A stretch of DNA of 64,000 nt from an uncultured Nitrososphaerota archaeon (GTDB lineage: Archaea; Thermoproteota; Nitrososphaeria; Nitrososphaerales; CADDZS01): contig CAWCYI010000004.1 of NCBI GenBank assembly GCA_963799845.1, positions 864,001-928,000 on the forward strand, in the 5' to 3' direction. Under the pieces are notes generated by a model. That model was not told the DNA's origin and did not search any database. It saw only the letters and a program-made list of their open reading frames with translations. A program made the translations under genes and the position numbers. How positions within the stretch are numbered: the first letter of the stretch is position 1; each line of letters begins with the position of its first letter. Below, piece by piece: positions 51,102 to 61,395 of the stretch.

Positions 51102-51659
51102 TTGAAAAAAAATCAAAGTGAATCAAAATTGGCAATAGACACGCTAGTATTTCGAGACGATGGAAAGTCCTCATACGTTGAGAACCCGAAGCTGGATGGA
51201 GTAAAATTCTGTAGGCACTGTCGCGTCTGGCACCAGAAGCTGTCTCTGGAATCCGGCACGAAATTCTGCGCTTTCTGCTATACTACTCATCACTCGCGGG
51301 CATGCAGAGCCGGGCTGGGAGAAAAGTGTCCTGACCCCTCGATAGATCCAATATATGGATTCCTCAACGACGAATGCTCCAAGAATCAAAAGTTCGACCT
51401 GAGTTTCTGCAAAGAGTGCAACTGCTTTCATTCAAAGCAGGGGTGGAAGCTATGTCTGGAACAAAACAGGCCAAAGTCTTCGTGGAATCAGAGCAGGTAC
51501 ACAGTCTGGAAGATGAGGTGGGATATCTGCACGTCGGATGAATCTACCTCTTCGATCAAGAGAGAGCGCAGTCTGTTCAACATTTCGGAACTGATGATGA
51601 TCGTCCCCTACGAGTATCCATATACGAATGGGAAGTTCGTTCATCACTGCAACGTCTAA
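51102..51659 (+). CDS. Cys/His-rich hypothetical protein
   Basis: Three FCxxCxxxH units. Confidence 0.45.
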   Translation: MKKNQSESKLAIDTLVFRDDGKSSYVENPKLDGVKFCRHCRVWHQKLSLESGTKFCAFCYTTHHSRACRAGLGEKCPDPSIDPIYGFLNDECSKNQKFDLSFCKECNCFHSKQGWKLCLEQNRPKSSWNQSRYTVWKMRWDICTSDESTSSIKRERSLFNISELMMIVPYEYPYTNGKFVHHCNV

Positions 51660-51856
51660 TTCAGCTTGCCTTTAGCGAGGCCCTCAAGATTGGCGTGCTT
51701 ATTGGAACCCTACTTGTCAATCTAGATATTCCTCGGTACAAGATCAGTCAATTCGTATGTCAAGGGTTTCTATCTGACTGTTGACTGCATCAAAACCCAT
51801 AAAGTTCACCCTGAGTGAGTCCGTCTTATAACTCTCCGATTACTCCTGAATAGGAG

Positions 51857-52351
51857 ATGACAAAATCTGGAGACAAGAAAGTTTGGTTACTTGTGGCGAT
51901 AACGATTGCCATAGTAATTCAGGTAACCGTACTATCGGAATTTCGTTCTGTATCTGAGGGAGGTTATGCAACTGGCCTGTCCGTTGTAGATATTACAAAA
52001 CAGAATTATGTTTACGCCAGGTTGATTGTATCTGTCACTCCTTCAGCAAACACGTCAATCGTGATCTTCCCCAACGGAACACAAACCAGTGTGCCTGCAT
52101 TTCAAACGGAATCATTCACAATCGTGATGCCAAGAACGGGCGACATCTTCGGGAACGGCGCAGCAGCAGTAAATGGATTGAGCATTTCTGAATCACAACC
52201 GATTGCGGCGGCCGTAATGTCAAACTATACTTCTCCATCAGGAAACCTCAACCTTTCATCGCTCACCAACATTCCCAATGTCGATGTGTACCTTTTGATC
52301 ATCAAGGGCTATGCCGACGTAGGTATTCAGGGGTACGCGATCGCAATATGA
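51857..52351 (+). CDS. Hypothetical secreted or membrane-anchored protein
   Basis: N-terminal TM followed by a beta-rich domain. Confidence 0.65.
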   Translation: MTKSGDKKVWLLVAITIAIVIQVTVLSEFRSVSEGGYATGLSVVDITKQNYVYARLIVSVTPSANTSIVIFPNGTQTSVPAFQTESFTIVMPRTGDIFGNGAAAVNGLSISESQPIAAAVMSNYTSPSGNLNLSSLTNIPNVDVYLLIIKGYADVGIQGYAIAI

Positions 52352-53049
52352 TAACAGAAAATGCTACGGATCGCACCGGATTGAAGAAGAAGATTGAAGA
52401 GCTTATGGCCGCCCTAGATCAGGTGAAAAAATACAGGGAACTCTCTCGATCGGTAATAGACCTTGTCCTAATTATCGGACTCTCTTTTGTGGTTGCGTTG
52501 TTTGTCTTGATTTCGGAAAACTTGTTTCTCTTGTTTTTCGGAAATCCAGCTTCCTCATACAACATTGAAGTTCCGACAATTTTCATTTCTGGAGGAATCA
52601 TCCTAGCAGGGATAATTGTCGCGACACTCTCAATCAACAGGCGCGTGGATAGGGTGAAAATCGGAGAATGGAGGAGTGCTATCCCCGAGAATCAGGAAGT
52701 TTCGGGCACTTTCGCACTTCTTTCAAACATTGACTGGGATTCGACGTTCAAAGATATTCAAATCTCAAAGATTGGATTTGTTGTCTATGGAGCGCTCAAA
52801 GTAGCCGGCTATTGGCTGTTCACCTTCTTCTTGCTGGAAATTCTGAACATCTTGTTCATTTCTGGGTTGATCCATGCTACAATCGGAGCTGCGTATCTGG
52901 GAATACTGGCGCTTGTTGTGGTATTAGCAGGGAGTTGGGGTGATCTAAAGTTTCGATACTTGCAGTCATGGTCGCTTGACTCGCTACTATGGGAGTTGCG
53001 GTGGTTTGACAGTGAATTCAGGAGAGAAGGGTCCAACTTCGAGGCCTGA
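52348..53049 (+). CDS. Hypothetical 4-TM membrane protein
   Basis: Four hydrophobic helices, C-terminal SLLWELRWF; ATGA overlap with the previous gene. Confidence 0.7.
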   Translation: MITENATDRTGLKKKIEELMAALDQVKKYRELSRSVIDLVLIIGLSFVVALFVLISENLFLLFFGNPASSYNIEVPTIFISGGIILAGIIVATLSINRRVDRVKIGEWRSAIPENQEVSGTFALLSNIDWDSTFKDIQISKIGFVVYGALKVAGYWLFTFFLLEILNILFISGLIHATIGAAYLGILALVVVLAGSWGDLKFRYLQSWSLDSLLWELRWFDSEFRREGSNFEA

Positions 53050-53311
53050 CCTGTACGTGCTTGCGAGGATGATTGAGACTCTGAAAGAGCATGGTCCCAT
53101 GAACAGGACTTCTCTCGCGACAAGCAGCGGAATCGCATACGACAGGATGAATAAGTACCTCCAATGGATGACGGCGAAGGGGTTCATGGAAGTAAGCGAA
53201 GAAGGGACCGTGTCATTGACTGAAAAAGGGCAGAAAGTTTACGATGAACTTGTCTCATGGATTTTGCTTCACGTAGGTAGACTGCGGTTTCCTAAAATCA
53301 ATCGACTCTGA
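53012..53311 (+). CDS. Winged helix-turn-helix regulator
   Basis: RPDLYVLAR..MNRTSLATSSGIAYDRMNKYLQWM..V.LTEKG. Confidence 0.8.
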   Translation: MNSGEKGPTSRPDLYVLARMIETLKEHGPMNRTSLATSSGIAYDRMNKYLQWMTAKGFMEVSEEGTVSLTEKGQKVYDELVSWILLHVGRLRFPKINRL

Positions 53312-53361
53312 GGATCTTCAAATTACATTTTAAGCAGTTACAGTCTTAGTGACGAACAAGC

Positions 53362-54162
53362 TTGATCATCGCAGTTCTGGGCGCCGGTAAAATCGGGGAA
53401 GCGGTTGCTAGAGGCCTGTCTGGTTCGGACAAGGTCTCCAAGGTCATAATCACGAAGCGAAATCTTTCGACGCTGGAAGCTCTTGAAAAATTGAAGAAAT
53501 TTGAGATCACATCCGACAACAAGAAGGCAGCGCAAAAGGCCGACGTTATCGTGATCGCGGTAAAGGCGGGAGACGCCAAGCACGTCCTCCAAGAGATCGC
53601 GGATTATGCGGAAGACAAGATTGTTATTTCGCTCATGGCGGCGATTTCGATCAAGACCATTCAAAAAACTCTTCCAAAGTCCAAGATTGTTAGAGCAATG
53701 CCGAACATCGCGGCGACGATTGGCGAGGCCATCACCGCCTACTCGACTGACCAGAAATTGACCAAGGAGGAACTGGCAAAGGTAGAGTTTGTCTTCGGCA
53801 CTTTCGGAGATAGCATACCGGTCCCCGAATCATTGATGGACGCAGTGACAGCGCTCAGCGGAAGCGGCCCCGCGTATATCGCGGTCATGATCGAATCGAT
53901 GGTTAGCGCCGGATTGAAAGTGGGAATGCCGCGAGACATCGCCTTCGTGCTCGCCACGAAAACACTCACCGGCACCGCAAACCTGTTGAGTCAGAAAAAG
54001 ATGCACCCCGCGGAGTTGAGAGATTCGGTCACGACGCCTGCCGGTACGACCATAGCCGGGCTGTACGAACTCGAGAAGGGTTCGTTCAGGACGAGCATCA
54101 TGAACGCGGTTGAAGCTGCAACTTTTGCCGCCCAGAAGGTCGCGCAGAAGTTCGAAGAGTAG
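53362..54162 (+). CDS. proC: Pyrroline-5-carboxylate reductase
   Basis: GAGKIG, AVK, RAMPN, TALSGSGPAY, VTTPAGTTIAG. Confidence 0.95.
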   Translation: MIIAVLGAGKIGEAVARGLSGSDKVSKVIITKRNLSTLEALEKLKKFEITSDNKKAAQKADVIVIAVKAGDAKHVLQEIADYAEDKIVISLMAAISIKTIQKTLPKSKIVRAMPNIAATIGEAITAYSTDQKLTKEELAKVEFVFGTFGDSIPVPESLMDAVTALSGSGPAYIAVMIESMVSAGLKVGMPRDIAFVLATKTLTGTANLLSQKKMHPAELRDSVTTPAGTTIAGLYELEKGSFRTSIMNAVEAATFAAQKVAQKFEE

Positions 54163-54323
54163 ATTCTCAAATTAGTTAGGCATCTTATTCGGTCTTGGCG
54201 CGGAACTTAAGAGTCAAATCTTGACTCGCATGGAGTCAGTAGGTCAAAAGATATCTCGGATCCCGAGACATGAAGATCGAAAACGCTGCCAACCGTTAAT
54301 AGTCCTAACTCTCAATGCTCTAA

Positions 54324-55199
54324 ATGCGTTTTGCCATGCAGGCCGCCAATCCGCCCGCAAATGAGAAGAAAAGTAGTAAGTTTACGCTCATCGCTCTTGT
54401 AGTTGTTGTCATAGTCCTTTCCGCAGGATTTGGATTTTACTATCTTCAAGCTTCTTCCCAGATCTCCAATTTGAATAACCTGAACGCCAACTTGAGCGGT
54501 AAACTTTCAAGTGCAAATAGCAATCTGTCCGCAGATCAAAACCAGATTTCTCTTCTTAACTCTAACATTTCTTCACTTCAATCTACAGTGGCGGTAAACA
54601 AAGAGAATATCGCTTCACTCCAAACTTCTGTTCAATCTGATAACGCCACGATAGGATCGCTGAATTCAAGGGTCTTGGCGCTCGATGAAAACATCTCAGA
54701 ACTCAAGGGCAACCTGGATGCTGAAAACTCGCAGGTTTCCACCTTGAATACTCAAATTTCGATGCTCCAATCCAACGAGACCGCTGATGCCCAGCAAATT
54801 ACTCAACTTCAGGGACAGATTACCAGCGACAGTAGCAACATAAGCAACTTGCAGAGCCAGGTCAGTTCGCTAAACGGCATCACGTCAATGTCGGAAAAGA
54901 CCATGGAATTGACCAGCAAACAAGTCACGCTTCCCCAATCTGGCTTCCTTTCAGTTCTGAACTTTACAGCGAGTTATTCCGGATACATCGTCATCAGTTC
55001 GACATCTGCGGGTAATCAGACGTTCGCTCAATCGGCCGACCAGGTCACTTCCACAGAATACTCGGTTACCGATTCATTCTTCATGTTCAGCTATTCGCCC
55101 ACCACAGTCATACTACCGGTCGGACCAGGTCAGATCTACGTCGGGTACGGAGATAACCCCGGTTCAACGGCAAGTTTGACGATCACGTATTACTACTAG
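54324..55199 (+). CDS. Membrane-anchored coiled-coil surface protein with C-terminal beta domain
   Basis: N-terminal TM, about 140 aa of Q/N/S-rich heptads, small beta-sandwich ending ITYYY. Confidence 0.7.
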   Translation: MRFAMQAANPPANEKKSSKFTLIALVVVVIVLSAGFGFYYLQASSQISNLNNLNANLSGKLSSANSNLSADQNQISLLNSNISSLQSTVAVNKENIASLQTSVQSDNATIGSLNSRVLALDENISELKGNLDAENSQVSTLNTQISMLQSNETADAQQITQLQGQITSDSSNISNLQSQVSSLNGITSMSEKTMELTSKQVTLPQSGFLSVLNFTASYSGYIVISSTSAGNQTFAQSADQVTSTEYSVTDSFFMFSYSPTTVILPVGPGQIYVGYGDNPGSTASLTITYYY

Positions 55200-55361
55200 A
55201 AAAATCAGACTGACCTCGGCCTGCGATTGGTCAAGGTTTCGGATCGCAACTAGATTGGTTCTATCACAATGCGACTCGGCTATCGATATCTCATTTTCTG
55301 AATCCACTAATGCTTCGCCCAAATTATAAGGAATTATTTCTTCGAATGATCCAGGATTAGT

Positions 55362-56447
55362 TTGAACATCGAAGAGCTTCCCACGCCCTGCTTAATCGTC
55401 GACCTCGATTTGCTTGAAGAAAACATTTCCACGATGGCTAGATACTGTCGTTCCGTAAATTGCGGCTTGAGACCCCATGTCAAGGCGCACAAGAGTCCGT
55501 TCATCGCCAAAAAACAGGTAGATGCGGGTGCCCTTGGAGTTTGCGCACAGACCCTGGAGGAAGCGGAGGCGATGATGCTGGGCGGGATAGACCACGTCAT
55601 CCTCACGAACATGATCGTTTCTGGAAACGGACTAGACCGACTCATGAATCTCAGAAGGAATGGGGAGATCATCACTACGGTCGATAGCCTTGAAGGAATC
55701 GAGCTTCTGGCGAGAGCGGCGACTCGCAGAGGTCTCACAGTCGATGTCCTGATTGAGATAAACGTAGGCCAGAACAGAACAGGCGTTGAGCCTGGAGAAC
55801 CTGCGGCAAAACTCGCAACCGCAGTCTCAAGAACCGAGGGTCTCAACTTCAAGGGACTTATGGGGTACGAGGGCTTTCTTCAGCTTACGATCCCGGAGAT
55901 TGAGAAAAGAAAAATCGAAGACCACAGAGCGCTCGCCGGGATTTTCCGTAGCATCGATGCGGTAAGGAAAGCAGGTTTCGAACCGGAGATAGTGACGTCG
56001 GGCGGGACCGGAACGTATAACATCGCAGCCGAGTTTGAAGGAGTCACGGAAATCCAGCCGGGCTCATATGTGATGATGGATCACAGATATAACATGATGG
56101 AGACGTGCGGGACCGATTTCAAAAATTCTCTCAATATCCTTTCCACGGTAGTGAGCACGCCGGAAGATCGTGTGATCGTGGACATGGGATGGAAGTCAGC
56201 TTCAGTCGAGTACCAGATTTTTGGTTGGGACGGGATGGCACATCCGATAGGTACTAGTGCAAAATATTTCCCCGGCGGTGACGAGCACGGCGTCTTGAAG
56301 TTTGACGATTTGGCGAAGAGACCGAAGTTAGGCGATCGTCTCAGATTCATCCCGAGCCATTGCGACACGACCTTGAACTTGTATAGCAAGTTTTACGGCA
56401 TCAGGGGAGATCACGTCGAGGCTATTTGCCCGATTGCGAAGCGCTAG
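55362..56447 (+). CDS. DSD1/D-threonine aldolase family PLP enzyme
   Basis: TPCLIVDLD, LRPHVKAHK, RTGV, GLMGYEG, GGTGTY, EIQPGSY, DEHG, IPSHCDTT. Confidence 0.92.
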   Translation: MNIEELPTPCLIVDLDLLEENISTMARYCRSVNCGLRPHVKAHKSPFIAKKQVDAGALGVCAQTLEEAEAMMLGGIDHVILTNMIVSGNGLDRLMNLRRNGEIITTVDSLEGIELLARAATRRGLTVDVLIEINVGQNRTGVEPGEPAAKLATAVSRTEGLNFKGLMGYEGFLQLTIPEIEKRKIEDHRALAGIFRSIDAVRKAGFEPEIVTSGGTGTYNIAAEFEGVTEIQPGSYVMMDHRYNMMETCGTDFKNSLNILSTVVSTPEDRVIVDMGWKSASVEYQIFGWDGMAHPIGTSAKYFPGGDEHGVLKFDDLAKRPKLGDRLRFIPSHCDTTLNLYSKFYGIRGDHVEAICPIAKR

Positions 56448-56591
56448 TCTTTTCTATTGGGATTTTTCCTTTCTCGATTTTCTCTAGAGTAACCGACCAG
56501 TTAACAAAGCAGTCCCAAAGTAAATAATGCTCATCCTCCTTTGGTTTCTCAGATTGTTTGGACATGAAAGATCAAATCTTTCGAAAGCATT

Positions 56592-57404
56592 TCACTTTCT
56601 CAGGTGCTTGTTGAAAAACACAACCGTGCTCTCCCAAGCATCCTCGGCCGCAGCCTTGTTGTAGACCGGCCTCGTCTCGTTGAAGAAAGAATGTTGTGCG
56701 CCTTTGTACACTTTCATCTGAAAATCCTTCTTGTACTTCACCATGGCTTCAACAATAGCTGGAACTCCTGCGTTTATCCCCTCGTCCTCGCCCGCGTAAA
56801 ATGCTAGAACGGATCCGCTTATTTTGGCGGCTGCTTCGATGGGCTTTGGGTTTGCCCCGTAAAACGGAACGGCACATGTGAACGGATACATCGTCGAGAT
56901 CTGATAGGTGAGCCCGCCCCCAAGGCAGAAACCGGTGACGCCCAGTTTTTCCCCGTTAACAGAGTTCAGACCCTGGAGATAATCCTTGCAATTCATGAGG
57001 TCGCTGACCATCTGCTTTTCCATCGTTTCCCGCCCCGCGAAGAAAATTTCGAAGACCTTTCTATCAGTCTCAGACATTGTCTTCATCAATTCCTGCATCG
57101 CGTTTGGATCTCTTCTTTTCTCAGGCGGAACCGTCCAGAGATGTTTCATCGCGCTCTCGATATTCTTCTCATTCATGACTTCCGAGTTTCTCGCAAACAG
57201 GTGCGGTGCGATTGCAACAAATCCCTGTTCGGCGTACCTTCTCGCAACGCCTCTGATCTGTTGATTCAGTCCGTAGGCTTCGTGTATCACGATAATTCCA
57301 GGCTGCCTGCTCTCGCTACTTGCATTAGATGGGGAGGAGAGGCATGCGAGCATTTCAGTACCGTCGTCACACTTGAAAGTGATGTCCCTGCTAGAAGATT
57401 CCAA
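56592..57404 (-). CDS. Dienelactone hydrolase family protein
   Basis: IHEAYGLN, GFCLGG, HSFFNE. Confidence 0.93.
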   Translation of the reverse strand: MESSSRDITFKCDDGTEMLACLSSPSNASSESRQPGIIVIHEAYGLNQQIRGVARRYAEQGFVAIAPHLFARNSEVMNEKNIESAMKHLWTVPPEKRRDPNAMQELMKTMSETDRKVFEIFFAGRETMEKQMVSDLMNCKDYLQGLNSVNGEKLGVTGFCLGGGLTYQISTMYPFTCAVPFYGANPKPIEAAAKISGSVLAFYAGEDEGINAGVPAIVEAMVKYKKDFQMKVYKGAQHSFFNETRPVYNKAAAEDAWESTVVFFNKHLRK

Positions 57405-57518
57405 AGAATATCGAAATTTGGAATGTCTGGTCTCACGTATTATTTTTGTCGGCTTGAATTTGGCGAACCGGCAAGGAGATATTTCCCTTTTTCAATTGAG
57501 AGGCCAAAGAACGACCAA

Positions 57519-57995
57519 ATGAAGGCAATTGCAAAGACTCAGCAGGTTCCCATCATGATGAGAGACACCTCAACAGCTGACAGGATTCGAAATCAAGATC
57601 CGATAACCGTCTCGATCTGTGGCAGTTATCACAGACATCTGAAGAAGATGCACAAGCTGATCAAGGAGTGCAAGAAGCTCGGGATCGAAGTTCTGATTCC
57701 AAGATACGCGATCAAGAAATCATCGACAAACGGATTTGTCTACCTGAAAGGTGAGGTTGGTACGCCCAAACAACTCCAGGAGAAGAACTTTGACGCTATT
57801 GCAAGGAGCACGTTTATTCTAGTGGTAAATACAAACGGTTACATCGGAGCGAGTACTTCGATGGAAATTGGATTCGCTATCGCAAAGGGAATTCCGATAT
57901 TCTGCACCGACACACCGGAGGACTACGTATTCCGACTTTATACCGAGTACGGGAAAACCCTGCCGGAGATAAAGGATCAGCTTTTGAATTCGTAG
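57519..57995 (+). CDS. Nucleoside 2-deoxyribosyltransferase-like protein
   Basis: ICGSY, AIARSTFILVVN..GYIGASTSMEIGFAIAKGIPIF; the ORF track's 5' extension overlaps the opposite gene and is unlikely. Confidence 0.6.
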   Translation: MKAIAKTQQVPIMMRDTSTADRIRNQDPITVSICGSYHRHLKKMHKLIKECKKLGIEVLIPRYAIKKSSTNGFVYLKGEVGTPKQLQEKNFDAIARSTFILVVNTNGYIGASTSMEIGFAIAKGIPIFCTDTPEDYVFRLYTEYGKTLPEIKDQLLNS

Positions 57996-58103
57996 AAGCT
58001 TTAGTGATTTTCCCCCTCGTCTCTATCTGACATCCAGGGAAAAATTCGCCATCAAGCATTAAGATGTAAATACGCTCTTCAACTCCACCTGAGTTTCAAG
58101 AGT

Positions 58104-59303
58104 GTGCTCATGGCCACAATTGTAGTGTGCCCAAACTGTGGTCATCATTTTCCCCGACCCTTTATCACGGAAAGGAGGTATGGATTGGGTTTCACCTTCG
58201 GTCCGCTGGGTGCGATAAAATGTCCGTGGTGCGGATACAAGGCAGGTTGGAGCGCCTTCAAAAAAGAAAAGGATGTTCCGCCCGCATCTGGAGACTTTCC
58301 TTCAGGCAAACCCTCGATGCCGCCGCCTCCAAATCCCGCCGAAGAGAAAGAAAAATCGCTCGAAGACACGAAGTACGGATCAATCTTGATAGTTGCGTCT
58401 TCGCTCACCAGAAGTTTCGGCAGCTTTACCGCTGTCGAAGATCTTTCTCTGGAGATTGAGCGCGGCGAAATATTTGGATTTCTCGGACCTAACGGCGCCG
58501 GAAAGACCACGACGATGAGAATGTTAACTGGTTTGATATCACCGACCAGCGGAACCGCAATGGTGGATGAACTTGACGTATCTTTACTTCGGAATATCCC
58601 TACAATTCACCGCAACGTCGGAGTTTTACCAGAGGTACCCGGGCTGTATGAAAACCTGAGCGCGTACAGGAATTTGGATTTCTATGGAAGACTCTACGGA
58701 TTGAGAGACCCCAAGCTAAGAGAGAGAATAACGTCCCTGATGAAGACCTTTGAGCTCTGGGACAGGCATGCTGACGTCGTCCAGACGTTCTCGAAGGGAA
58801 TGAAGCAAAAAATTGCGCTAATCCGGTGTCTCCTCCACGATCCTGAATACCTGTTTCTGGACGAGCCAGTCTCAGGCCTCGATCCCGAAGCCTCAAAGAC
58901 CGTGCGAGATTTCATACTCGACCTGAAGAAAAATGGAAAGACCGTGATCTTGTCAACCCATAACCTGGACGATGCCGACCGGCTGTGCGACCGAGTCGCG
59001 GTGATCAGGAAAAACCTGCTCGCGCTGGACACGCCGCTCAACTTGAGGACTCGGATGTTCAAGAGGACTGTCGTATTCCATCTGAAGCAGGCCGATGATG
59101 CAATCTTGCCGAAACTTAGGGCGTTACCATTTGTCCAGTCTGTCGAGCGGGTGGGCAACAAGCTCGTGCTTGACGTTGACACTCCAGAAGACGACAACCC
59201 CGAGATCCTTGAACTGCTAGTCAGCAATGGATACAAAGTTCAATTCGTCGGCGAAGTCAGACACACTCTGGAGGAAGTCTACTTGAAGTTGGTGACAAAT
59301 TAA
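58104..59303 (+). CDS. ABC-2 exporter ATP-binding protein with an N-terminal Zn-ribbon extension (possibly two genes)
   Basis: CPNCG..CPWCG, Pro linker, then GPNGAGKTT, FSKGMKQK, LFLDEP, STHNL. Confidence 0.85.
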   Translation: MLMATIVVCPNCGHHFPRPFITERRYGLGFTFGPLGAIKCPWCGYKAGWSAFKKEKDVPPASGDFPSGKPSMPPPPNPAEEKEKSLEDTKYGSILIVASSLTRSFGSFTAVEDLSLEIERGEIFGFLGPNGAGKTTTMRMLTGLISPTSGTAMVDELDVSLLRNIPTIHRNVGVLPEVPGLYENLSAYRNLDFYGRLYGLRDPKLRERITSLMKTFELWDRHADVVQTFSKGMKQKIALIRCLLHDPEYLFLDEPVSGLDPEASKTVRDFILDLKKNGKTVILSTHNLDDADRLCDRVAVIRKNLLALDTPLNLRTRMFKRTVVFHLKQADDAILPKLRALPFVQSVERVGNKLVLDVDTPEDDNPEILELLVSNGYKVQFVGEVRHTLEEVYLKLVTN

Positions 59304-59304
59304 A

Positions 59305-60036
59305 TTGAACTGGGGTATTGTCGAACAAGTCTTCTTGAAAGATCTTCAGGAGCTGAGCAAGAATAGGTACGTGTTTTACTCGATGTTCTTCCTTCCGGTG
59401 CTTCTGGTTAGCATAACGATCATAGAAATCGATGCTGCGGTGACATCAACATCGGTGTCGACAACTGAAATATTACTCCTCATATCGACCCTCTCCGAGG
59501 TCATCATTCTTATTCCAGCGATAGTTAGCGTTCTGATCGGCTCGACCAGCGTGGTGATCGAGAAAAATAACAAGAGCCTCGAACCCCTTCTTGCAACACC
59601 GATAACTGATACCGAGCTCTTGATGGGAAAAGCTCTCGCTCCATTTATCCCGGCAATGATTCTTGGATATGCTGCTTACGGAGCGGTGATCCCCGCCGTA
59701 GACTTTCTGACCTATCCTGTCTTCGGGACTTACATCTTGCCGACGGGCATGATGCTATACCAGATGTTCGTGATGGCCCCGTTGGTCGGGCTCTTCGGTA
59801 CTTTCGTCGCGCTCTTCATTTCTACAAAGATTAAGGACGTAAGGGCTGCCCAGCAAGTCTCGACTCTTTCGATCATGCCTCTATTCCTCGTCCTCATAAT
59901 AGGATCTCTCGCCTTTGCCTCGACCTTTGATTTGTTAATCGTTCTCACTGTAATCTTGGTGGGCGCCGTCATTGGATTTGCAAGGTTGACAATCAAGCAG
60001 TTCAACCGAGAATCGATTCTAATTTCTTGGAAGTAA
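59305..60036 (+). CDS. ABC-2 type permease
   Basis: EKNNKSLEPLLATPIT..ELLMGK; six TM helices. Confidence 0.9.
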   Translation: MNWGIVEQVFLKDLQELSKNRYVFYSMFFLPVLLVSITIIEIDAAVTSTSVSTTEILLLISTLSEVIILIPAIVSVLIGSTSVVIEKNNKSLEPLLATPITDTELLMGKALAPFIPAMILGYAAYGAVIPAVDFLTYPVFGTYILPTGMMLYQMFVMAPLVGLFGTFVALFISTKIKDVRAAQQVSTLSIMPLFLVLIIGSLAFASTFDLLIVLTVILVGAVIGFARLTIKQFNRESILISWK

Positions 60037-60037
60037 G

Positions 60038-60724
60038 TTGCTGACTTCTAAGATGAATGTGGTTATCTCCTGGAGCGGCGGAAAGGATAGTTCACTTGCG
60101 TTACACGAGATCATGAAAACTGATGTCGATGTCAAGGGTCTGCTCACCACGATCACGAAAGACTACGACAGGATCAGCATGCACGGAGTGAGAAGGGAGC
60201 TGCTCCGTCAGCAAGCGATGTCGGTCGGGCTCCCTCTCTATGAAGTTTCGATACCAAAAGACGCGGGCAACGAAATCTATGAAAAAGAGACTGAATCTGT
60301 TTTGCTGCGTCTGAAGAAAAGTAACTCGGTCTCGGCTGTTGTTTTCGGCGATCTTTTTCTCCAAGACATTCGAGAGTACAGGGAAAAATTGCTTGGAAGA
60401 GTAGGGCTGGATTGCATCTTTCCTATCTGGAGAAAGGACACCAAGAAGCTGGCGTACCAGTTCATCGAGAATGGTTTTAGGGCGATTGTCTGTACGGTAG
60501 ATCCCAAGAAACTCGATAAACAATTTTGCGGCGTTGAATTTGACGGATCTTTTCTGTCAGAAATCCCTGAGGCAGTTGACCCATGCGGGGAAAATGGTGA
60601 ATTCCATACGTTCGTCTACGACGGCCCCATATTCAAAGATCGATTGCGAGTCTCTATTGGAGAAACAGTCGAGAGAAACGGGTTTTACTTTGCCGACATT
60701 TTTCCTGTCTCAAAGGACAGTTAG
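60038..60724 (+). CDS. Dph6/MJ0570-related PP-loop ATP pyrophosphatase
   Basis: SWSGGKDS, MHGVR, VFGDLFL, DPCGENGEFHTFV. Confidence 0.88.
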   Translation: MLTSKMNVVISWSGGKDSSLALHEIMKTDVDVKGLLTTITKDYDRISMHGVRRELLRQQAMSVGLPLYEVSIPKDAGNEIYEKETESVLLRLKKSNSVSAVVFGDLFLQDIREYREKLLGRVGLDCIFPIWRKDTKKLAYQFIENGFRAIVCTVDPKKLDKQFCGVEFDGSFLSEIPEAVDPCGENGEFHTFVYDGPIFKDRLRVSIGETVERNGFYFADIFPVSKDS

Positions 60725-61345
60725 AGCGGCTGCGAGTGCGCCGTCTTCTGCAAGTGCGGAAGAATCAGCGCCGGTCACAATCACAACATCCCCGCTTTTT
60801 GGTTTTGAATTATTTCTTATCGTCGTCCATGGCCTCGAAGGTCCGAGTGCCTCGCAATCCGACGGTCCCTTTTCACTTGGTATCTTGAACTTCCCCGCAG
60901 AATAAATGACGGTAAGAGCACCCGTCGCTCCCGCTCTTATCGACGCATCGCGCTGTTCAAGCCCTTTCTTGATTCGTGGAGCCTTGTCGCGAACGATGAC
61001 CGACCAGGCAAATTTTCCCAGTTGTAGATCGCCTGCTTCAACCAAAGAGCTATAGGGGATCGCTCGGGAGATAGAGTCAAACTTCCTCCTTCCTTTTTCG
61101 GTCAGGGCACAACCCCTGGAATCTACTGTTATGAGACCAGCATCTTTCAGACGCGATATCAAAGTTCTAACTTCGCCCTGACCCAATCCGGTAACCTGAC
61201 CCAGTCTGAACCGCCCCATGCTGGAGGGAGAATTTCCAATCGCAAAGAGCGCTTTCAAGACATCGACTTCACCGTAAGCAGCCATGGGCCCGCGATAATC
61301 AGAGGCTAGAACTGCTTGAATTTGCTTCTTAAGCGCCGTTTCCAA
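60710..61345 (-). CDS. Archaeal wHTH protein (DUF4443-like)
   Basis: MGRFRLG..GLGQGEVRTLISRLKDAGLI..G..LTEKG; GLEQRDASIRAGATGA. Confidence 0.75.
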   Translation of the reverse strand: METALKKQIQAVLASDYRGPMAAYGEVDVLKALFAIGNSPSSMGRFRLGQVTGLGQGEVRTLISRLKDAGLITVDSRGCALTEKGRRKFDSISRAIPYSSLVEAGDLQLGKFAWSVIVRDKAPRIKKGLEQRDASIRAGATGALTVIYSAGKFKIPSEKGPSDCEALGPSRPWTTIRNNSKPKSGDVVIVTGADSSALAEDGALAAALTVL

Positions 61346-61395
61346 ATATGAGAACTCCTTTCGATACCAGAGGGCCTTTACAAGTATCTCTTACT

